Below, in pieces: positions 55,581 through 64,000 of a stretch of DNA of 64,000 bases; the first letter of the stretch is position 1; each line of letters begins with the position of its first letter. Made by a program: the position numbers and the translations under genes. Origin of the DNA: Octopus sinensis (taxonomy: Eukaryota). The stretch lies in NCBI RefSeq assembly GCF_006345805.1, contig NC_043003.1, forward strand, positions 20,150,001-20,214,000. Reading direction: 5' to 3'. Under the pieces are notes generated by a model. It was given only the letters and a program-made list of their open reading frames with translations. It was not told where the DNA came from and searched no databases.

Positions 55581-55637
55581 TATTGATCCATTTTTGTTGC
55601 TTTTTTCTTGTTTATATATATATATATATATATATAT

Positions 55638-55667
<30 letters not shown>

Positions 55668-55672
<5 letters not shown>

Positions 55673-56170
55673 TAACAAAGGGTGAAATTAATTAATTAAG
55701 AAGTAATTAGTAATTTCACGAAGTAGAATTTGGCATGAAAAAAGACCATTTTATGGTAAGTTTAAGTAATACTATATAATTAGGGTTCAGCAACGATTAG
55801 CTTCACCACACACCGAAGTTTTAGAATAGCAGTCAAAATCCTAACTATTCTTTCTACTTTAAAGGGAGTTCCCAGAAAAACCAAAGCACTTGAAGATATA
55901 TATATATTATATATATATATATAATATATATATATAAGTTATAACAAAGGGTGAAATTAATTAATTAAGAAGTAATTAGTAATTTCACGAAGTAGAATTT
56001 GGCATGAAGAAAAGACCATTTTATGGTAAGTTTAAGTAATACTATATAATTAGGGTTCAGCACGATTAGCTTCACCACACACCGAAGTTTTAGAAATAGC
56101 AGTCAAAATCCTAACTATTCTTTCTACTTTAAAGGGAGTTCCCAGAAAAACCAAAGCAAGCACTTGAAGA
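55668..56170. repeat. Near-identical ~230-bp unit duplicated in tandem with a (TA)n spacer
   Basis: 55668-55897 and 55937-56170 differ only by small indels. Confidence 0.9.
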
Positions 56171-57295
56171 TATATATATAATATATATATATATGTACAT
56201 ACATACTCATATATATACATATTTATATACATGCATATGCGTCTGTGTGTGTATGTATATATACATATATACATATATGTGTGTGTGTGATTATACGAAC
56301 ATGAGCGTGTCTATATGTGTGAGAGTATATTTGAACTCAAATCGCGTATTTTTGCTGCAATCATGTGTTGGCGTTTGTGTTTAGGTGCAATAGGCGTGAT
56401 TAAAGTGTTTGTATGCAGCATGTATTCACGTGCATATCACTAAATGCATCTCAAATTTCTAGGCAAAATACACTTGCGCATATTAAACTATGGATTGTGC
56501 TAATAGCAGCCATAAATCTCTCAGGAATGAAATGAAACCAAATAGTCATTCTAATCTATTAAAAATAAACGGCAAAATGTATTTTACGAGTCCATGAAAT
56601 TAATGCTGAAATATGAGCCACGCCTCTCTCCTGTATAGTGACACTCTTCTGGCCTGTCTATCACTTCGCACCCCTTTCCTTCTTCTCTTCTTTTTCTAAT
56701 AATTTCTCTTTCTCTCGCTTCCCCCCCTTCTTTTTCTCTCTTTTTCTCTCCTCCCTCTCTCTCTCCCTTACTCTCGCTGTAGTTCTGTTTCCGGTCGTTA
56801 CGATTTCAATCCAAGCCGGCCAGCTCAACTAGATCTATGATAGATCTGAGAAGATAAAAGGCGTTCCATCCACGACCATCTTATATTGATGCTCAGGAAT
56901 TGTATACCCAGAACTACATTATTTAACGTGTCTTTTCCTTTTGAGATAGCTTTTATTTCTTTACGTTTTACCTGTTTCTCTTGTTGAACAGCGACTGTGC
57001 CGGGGCACCGCCTTGAACGCTTTTAGTCGAATACATAGACCCAGTAATTTATTTTTAAGTCTGGGACTGATTCTATCAGCGTCTTTTGCCGAACAGCTAA
57101 TATTACCGGGACATAAACAAACTGACACCGGTTGTCAAGCGGTGGGGGTAGGGTGATAAGCACAAGCAGAAACTCACCCACATACACATACACATACATT
57201 CATCATACATACATTCATACATACATACGTACATACATACGTACATACATATATACATATACATACATATATACATACATACATACATACATACA

Positions 57296-57359
<64 letters not shown>

Positions 57360-57363
<4 letters not shown>

Positions 57364-57623
57364 CGGAGATGTACTCGCATAGCAAGTGATTTGATCTGAG
57401 ATCGTGTGCTGGAACGAAAACGATTGCAGCGTGGAAGGTATTTGTAAGTCATTTAAGAAACACACAAAAGCCGTTCGATTATGCAGCACGGATTTTTGTC
57501 AGTGAACAGGTCGCGGATTTTAGCGACGAAAATATTTTGACAAATTAAACTTAAATGTTGAAGTGAATCGAACGGCTTTTGTGTGTTTCTGAAATGGCTT
57601 ACAAATACCTTCCACGCTGCAAT

Positions 57624-57658
<35 letters not shown>

Positions 57659-57914
57659 CGGAGATGTACTCGCATAGCAGTGATTTGATCTGAGATCGTG
57701 TGCTGGAACGAAAACGATTGCAGCGTGGAAGGTATTTGTAAGTCATTTAAGAAACACACAAAAGCCGTTCGATTATGCAGCACGGATTTTTGTCAGTGAA
57801 CAGGTCGCGGATTTTAGCGACGAAAATATTTTGACAAATTAAACTTAAATGTTGAAGTGAATCGAACGGCTTTTGTGTGTTTCTGAAATGGCTTACAAAT
57901 ACCTTCCACGCTGC

Positions 57915-57918
<4 letters not shown>
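57360..57918 (+). mobile_element. Two tandem ~265-bp inverted-repeat cassettes (period 294), each with a G3:C8 hammerhead variant
   Basis: Units 57360-57624 and 57655-57918, with 58-bp IR arms (57423-57480 / 57566-57623). The loop contains tttgtca-GTGAACA-g-gtcgc ggatttta gcgac-GAAA-atat-TT-tgacaaa. Confidence 0.8.
57495..57544 (+). ncRNA. Type-I hammerhead fold with swapped G3:C8 core (identical copy at 57789-57838)
   Basis: 7-bp stem I, 5-bp stem II, GAAA, palindromic ATAT stem III, core GUGAACA. Confidence 0.65.
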
Positions 57919-57948
<30 letters not shown>

Positions 57949-58079
57949 TAATATAGGCTAACATTTTTTTCAGAAAAATTTCATCAAAAGTGGCAGCGTA
58001 TTAAAATACCTTTAAAGGTTAAAATTATAACCAACCTATAAACAAGGGCAAAATAAAAAATTATTTCTAAGCCTATATG

Positions 58080-58175
58080 TTATCAGCGGTTCTTGAGATA
58101 TCTTTTCCACGGACAAACAAACAAACAAACACGACTGAAAACAATACCTCCACCTTTCCTAAGGTGGAGGTAATA
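58080..58175 (+). mobile_element. Helentron/HINE-like terminus with perfect subterminal hairpin
   Basis: (CAAA)n followed by tacctccacctt-tcct-aaggtggaggta (58145-58172, 12-bp stem). Confidence 0.55.
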
Positions 58176-59090
58176 AATTATAAGTATTTAAAAATTGAGA
58201 GTTTCTTTTCAATCACCGTGTATGTCTGAGACCACGTGTTTCATAAGTGGGCTTAGAGAGTGTTGCTTTTTGTTAATTTTTACATTTTGTATCTCATTTT
58301 CGAGACAATAGCATCTTTAGTTACATTTCTGAAGGCTAGAATGATGACAGGAGACTGCTCGAAAAACTCGATGCAGAATCAATACCCACAGGATATTTAT
58401 ATTCGAAAGCTCCGTGTTTCGATATTTTTGACGATATCAAAAATATAAATGGGCAAATTCTATGGCTCACGCGCTGCAGACGTAATGTATATATGCCTGT
58501 GTAGACATACATACATACATACATACATACATACATACATACATACACGTATTTAATATATACATACACATATACATACACATTTAATATATACATACAT
58601 ACACACACACATACATATAAACACATCAGTGCATACATATATACATGCATACATAATGCATACATAATACATACATACACACATACAAAATACATACATA
58701 CATGCATGTATACATACATAAGTATACGTACACATACATGTATATCTATGTAGTACTGTATTGATTATTTAATCTTTGTTTACAGTGAATGGACTATAAT
58801 GGAAATGAGACAGACTAGTTTAACTCTTTCCTGTTGTGTATACGCTATAAATTGCTATATGCTAACATAATCCGTCTGTGGACATAAAAAAAATAAGTAC
58901 TTTTCCGTGATGATGGCCTAACAAGATTAGAAGCTACTTAGGGTGATACCGTACTCTATCTATAAAGGGATAAAAACCGTTATCTTTTTATTTCTTATTT
59001 GTTTCAGACATTAAATTGCGGTCATGCTGGAGCACCGTCTTAAAGGTTTCGTCGAACAAATCGAACCCAATATTAATTTTCTTAAGTCTA

Positions 59091-59130
<40 letters not shown>

Positions 59131-59720
59131 TGTGTGTGTGTGTATGTGTGTATAACTTATGAACAAGGGCAAAAGAAAAATTATTTCTATGTCAATATGC
59201 TGATAACAGACTTTAAATCGTCAGTTTCCACATTACAATATACATTCACTATAAATACACGTCGTGCTGAAATCGAGGAAAGCGAGCAAACAGAATTTTT
59301 TTTAAAATTCGTCATATATACACATATATAAGATGGATGGGAAAATAGCATAGAAGTAAGTCTAAGACTTCAATTTAAGAGGGTATTTAATAAAAAAATT
59401 ATATAAAGAATATATTACCGGTTTCGATGTATCCCATCTCAGTTTTTCTTCTGTCTGTGGGTTAAGAATATGTTTGGAGAATTTTCGCTGAAGTCTTCTT
59501 TAAATATAGTTTGGTGTAGAGTTCAAAGTGTAAGAGAATGTCAATTGTCTAAAAAAATCTTTGTACGTCCCTGCCATGGGAGTGGGTAAAAAGCATTGAT
59601 TGAATAGGATTTATCTCCACCTGTGTGTGTATATGTGTATTGTGTTGAATGTCCTTTCAATATGTCTTGAAAATGACCAGCTGTGAGTTGATGGGTGTTT
59701 TTGTTGTGAAGAATGTCATG

Positions 59721-59791
<71 letters not shown>

Positions 59792-59795
<4 letters not shown>

Positions 59796-60035
59796 GCGCT
59801 CTTTTAAAGCCTAGCCTGGCTCATGGGCCCGTTTTCCCGGTTTCAATGGCGTATGTGTTCCCTAGCTGGCCGGGACACCAGCCCATCGCAGCGTTACTGA
59901 TTTTTGCCAGCTGAGTTGACTGGAGCAACGTGAAATAAAGGGTTTTGCTCAAGAACACAACGCGTCACCCGGTCCAGGAATCGAAACCACAATCTTACGA
60001 TCATGATGCTGACACACTAAGCCACGCGCCTCCAC
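59792..60035 (-). mobile_element. tRNA-derived SINE (family C subtype) with (ATT)n tail
   Basis: Reverse complement of 54811-55061. Confidence 0.85.
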
Positions 60036-61581
60036 CTATATATATATATATGTGTGTATGTGTGTGTGTGTGTGTGGTGTGTGTGTGAGTGTGTGTATAC
60101 ACACACACACACCCGCACACACTTACATAGAACAGGCTTTCGCAAGTTTCTATCAAATAAATTCCCATACAAGGCATTGGTCGGTCCAGGGTTAAAGTGA
60201 AATACATGCGTCACGCATTAGGACTGAACCCGAAATCACGTGGTTGCAAAGCCAAATTTTTATCCACAAATCTATGCCTGCCCATGTGGTATAATTATTT
60301 TTACTTTTCACAGCAAGACTAAATTGATAAGCTGCGTGTTTGCTGAACAGAAACCTCTTACACTTCATTTTATTTTTCTACCACTAAATGTTTAAGTTAG
60401 CAACAGACTTCGAGCAAATTATTATTGATATTGTTATTTTGCTTCACTAAAACTCTCTTAAAGCGTCGCTTGAAAGCGAACTGTTAATTTATATTGCTGC
60501 TACTACGAAGTCCACAGCAGCTATTAAAGTGGAAACCAGCCTGTGGAGATTATAGTAAGTACTGCCTGAGTACAACAGAAAATATTTACACAAACCAATA
60601 ATGATAAAGATCGAGATTCTAAATTCACATTCGGCTCTTTATACAAAGGCAAACGTAATAATGCAATAATTAAAAAAAGAAACTAGCATGATCGTATCTT
60701 TCTAAATATTTTCCCAAACACTTAAACACACGCTGTAACGCACATATACTGCCATACACATACACCTACATATATACGTACGTATTTATGTATTTACATA
60801 CTGCATACGAAGATACAGACATAGATGCGTGCGTTAGTACAGGTATTCATAGGTAGGTACGTACACACACATTTATGTATGTGAGTATGAATGCATGTAT
60901 ATATGTAAGTATGTATGTTTTTAGCTGTTCGGCGAAAGTGACCGATAGAATAAGTACTAGGCTTACAAAGAATATACGTGTGTGTGTATGTGTGCAAGTG
61001 TGTGCGTGTGCGTACACATACACACGTACGCACATCTGCAATTATTTTGCTGGTTCCAGTCATTGGAATCCAACTAGTAAAAAGAAGAAACAGCGGCCAC
61101 CTTGAAGTGGGATGTAGCCATTCAAATGGAACATAATACCTGTTTTATTTTTAAGCTTGGTGCTTATTATATAGGTCTCATTTTGGTAAATTGCTCATTA
61201 ACTGTGACGTAAACAAACCAACAGCAGTTGTCACACAATGAGAGACAAGCACAAAGACGCACACACGCCCTCGCGCGCGCACTCACACTTACATCAGGCT
61301 TTGTGGAATTTCAGTCTACTATAGTTATATATAAAGCATTGGTTGGGCTGAGGCTGTTGTAGAAAATACTAGTGCAAATTGACGCGCAGTAAGAAAAAAC
61401 CCTAATCACGTGATTGTGAAGCAAACTTCTTAACAACACAGCCATACATAGATGTGTTCATACTTAGATATACTCATACATAGTTCGGCTATCTTAGCAC
61501 TTTAAAATACACTCTGTAAGTGGAATGATAAAGATATGTAAGAATTTCTCTAGGGTTAAACTTGTAACAGTTACCTTATTG

Positions 61582-61762
61582 TTTTATTGCCCACAAGGTG
61601 CTAAACATAGAGGGGACAAATAAGGACTGGTACTTAATTTATCGACCCCGAAAAGATGAAAAGCAAAGCCGACCTCGGCGGAACTTGAACTCAGAACGTA
61701 ACGGCAGACGAAATTCCGGTAAGCATTTCGCCCGACGTGCTAACGTTTCTGCCAGCTCGCGG
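61582..61762 (-). mobile_element. SINE family B monomer with internal deletion
   Basis: Matches family B. Confidence 0.75.
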
Positions 61763-62054
61763 TCTTAAACAAGTAACAGTTGCTACTTTCCAAATTCTGA
61801 TGTTGGAAACCAAATTCTGCCTCCTGGGAAGAATTCTGCACACACACAAACACACACACACGCACAAAGATATGTATAAATGTGTGTGCCTGTGTGTGTA
61901 TGTATGTGTTTGTATGTGTTTGTATGTCTTTGCGTGTATATGTATTCATGTGCATTTATACATAAATGTACATATGTGTTTGTGCGTATGTATTATGTAT
62001 GTGTATATATATATGCATATATTACATCTATACATACATTATATACATGCATAT

Positions 62055-62088
<34 letters not shown>

Positions 62089-62130
62089 ATATATACATAT
62101 ATATATATTATATATATATATAATACACAC

Positions 62131-62163
<33 letters not shown>

Positions 62164-62167
62164 CAAC

Positions 62168-62200
<33 letters not shown>

Positions 62201-62224
62201 CATATACATATATATATATATATA

Positions 62225-62308
<84 letters not shown>

Positions 62309-62896
62309 GCACATACACACACGCATATTACTTCCATACTGATAAGAGTATGATTGCACCTAACAATAAACACATAAACATGTTTATCACATGCCTATAA
62401 ACTTGTGTGTACATTAATACATCAAAACACAATTGCAAAACCCAAACACTCACATACTTCCTCCGCTTTATAGATTCTCACCCATTTAGCCACGATAACT
62501 CAAATACTCACACATATCTGTATACGCGCCCGCATATTAGCTTTGGCATATCCTTCCACGAATAGCAATTCACAGAAGATTAAATCAAATTCGCAGAACA
62601 TAAAGTAATTAATTATAGTGACAATCAGTATTTGAAACTATACACATATTCGTCCTACAATTCATGTCTCTTCTCTCTATCCGACTGACCAATTTCGTTT
62701 ATTCCGATGACCGAACAATTGTGAGCCTTTCACCTACCCACACATACTCTCATACTCTTGCACCTAGGCAATAACTTACAAATATTTGCCCTGACATTAT
62801 TGCTGCTCACCCCCTAGGATAACTTAATCAGTTGTGTGTATATATATATATATTCTTATATATACACACGCATACACACACACACACACACACACA

Positions 62897-62943
<47 letters not shown>

Positions 62944-63038
62944 GTGTGTGTGTGTGTGTGTGTGTATGTATAAGAATTTTTTGCGTAATAAGATAAAAAA
63001 CCAACGCTGTATAGATATTAGAGCATTTATAGATAGAA

Positions 63039-63092
63039 GGTTTTACAGCTGTTTCTAGGATATTAATTAATAATATCCCTCCATCGGAGACG
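63039..63092 (-). ncRNA. Decayed hammerhead-like motif in a microsatellite-flanked cassette (~62971-63321)
   Basis: Minus strand: gtct-CCGATGG-agggatatt attaatt aatatccta-GAAA-cagctg-TA-aaac. Stem III is palindromic; the core has two substitutions. Confidence 0.5.
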
Positions 63093-63429
63093 GTGTGAGA
63101 GGAAAATTAAGGCATAGTTAGTTTAGATGTGATACAAAATAGAGAGTGAGGTGAAGGAGAAGATAGATGTAAGATGCATGGGTATTGAAGTTGTAAATCC
63201 GTTTTATAGGCATAATGGTATATCTGCAATATTCCAATATCCCTTGAGTAAAATCCAAAAGTCCAACAGAGTTTAATGAGTCCTTCCAAATATAGAGTTT
63301 ATAAGCAATGTAAGATTCCCTTATATATATATATGTATGTATGTATATGGTCAGCTTGTTGCCTCATTTATTTTCGATGCGACAACTTACTGCTAATACA
63401 TTTGATTTTATGACAACTTCTGTCTAAAC

Positions 63430-63754
63430 CATAGGTTCTCAAAGTGGGCGCTACCGCTCCCTGGTGGGCGTTGAGATGGTCCAGGTGAGCACTGGTGCCT
63501 ATGCAGGCGGTGAGGGAGAGCGTTAGAGAAAAAGGTGTCTTTGGGAAGAAGGCAGTAAACTGGGTGACGCTATGAATTTATGATATTATTATAGTATTGT
63601 ATGCAAATTATATAATATATAAAATATCAAATTATTCATTGTAAATATAAATTAGCAAAATATAAAATATTTATACATAAAAACAGGGGTGGGGCGCTGG
63701 GGGTATTATGTGGCCATGAGGTGGGCGGTGGCCCCAAAAATTTGAGAACCTTTG
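63430..63754. mobile_element. Non-autonomous hAT (Charlie-like) MITE
   Basis: TIRs cataggttctcaaa / tttgagaacctttg. Target duplication (g)tctaaac on both sides, resembling the Charlie NTCTARAN preference. Confidence 0.8.
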
Positions 63755-64000
63755 TCTAAACGTTTATGCATTACCCACCACACATCATTAGCACTTAATA
63801 GAGAGACTCTCAAATTCAAACATTTCACAGCACAGCGAAGCAATTCTTATCAAATTCATGGTTGGTAATTTTCTTTGAAGAAATTCAATTGTCTAGACAT
63901 TGGTCGGGTCAAGTCATGTATGGGATCATGCGCTGTTTCAGCGTGTCGTCGCATCCACCGTTTGTCGATGTTTCTCTACACCTTGTGGATGACGCCTTTG

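Larger units (their letters stand above)
55088..55616. mobile_element. (TA)n-flanked cassette with ~130-bp inverted repeats (55201-55330 / 55486-55615), each arm carrying a hammerhead
   Basis: The arms are near-identical reverse complements (about 3 differences). Confidence 0.9.

Noticed and set aside
55088-57918. Unique segments alternating with (TA)n, superficially CRISPR-like
   Set aside because: The repeats are variable-length microsatellites, the inserts are 200-500 bp, the context is eukaryotic, and there are no cas genes.
59414-59448. Minus-strand CTGA-gatg ggata catc-GAAA-ccgg-TA motif
   Set aside because: The core lacks N7-G8-A9 and stem I does not pair; at best a dead remnant, so it is not counted.

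Overview
AT-rich, microsatellite-saturated, non-coding animal DNA. The repeat content suggests a cephalopod (Octopus-like) genome, but this is an inference. I found no host protein-coding gene that I can support; almost all long ORFs in the track are translations of (TA)n, (CA)n, (TATC)n or (AAT)n repeats. The recognisable coding remnants all come from transposons: a 5'-truncated Penelope-like retroelement (PLE; RT plus C-terminal GIY-YIG, 43185-48410, minus), a second PLE fragment with an internal inversion (12160-13018), a decayed DD37D/maT Tc1-mariner (16306-17520), an internally deleted Tc1-mariner (53673-54225), and the 3' end of an R4/Dong-type element in (TAA)n. There are also at least three tRNA-derived SINE groups, a hAT MITE and Helentron-like ends. 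The main hidden signal is a set of short, sequence-diverse non-coding cassettes inserted in (TA)n tracts. They show tandem or inverted pseudo-LTR geometry, and most carry a minimal type-I hammerhead ribozyme fold; I count about 14 intact, variant or decayed motifs, all folded by eye. Their catalytic cores co-vary at the 3:8 tertiary pair: C3:G8 (39154, 55236/55491, 43266, 45484), U3:A8 (19762, 48514) and G3:C8 (57495, 57789). One further family has U6 plus an extra A (26703, 35052). Self-cleavage is untested.
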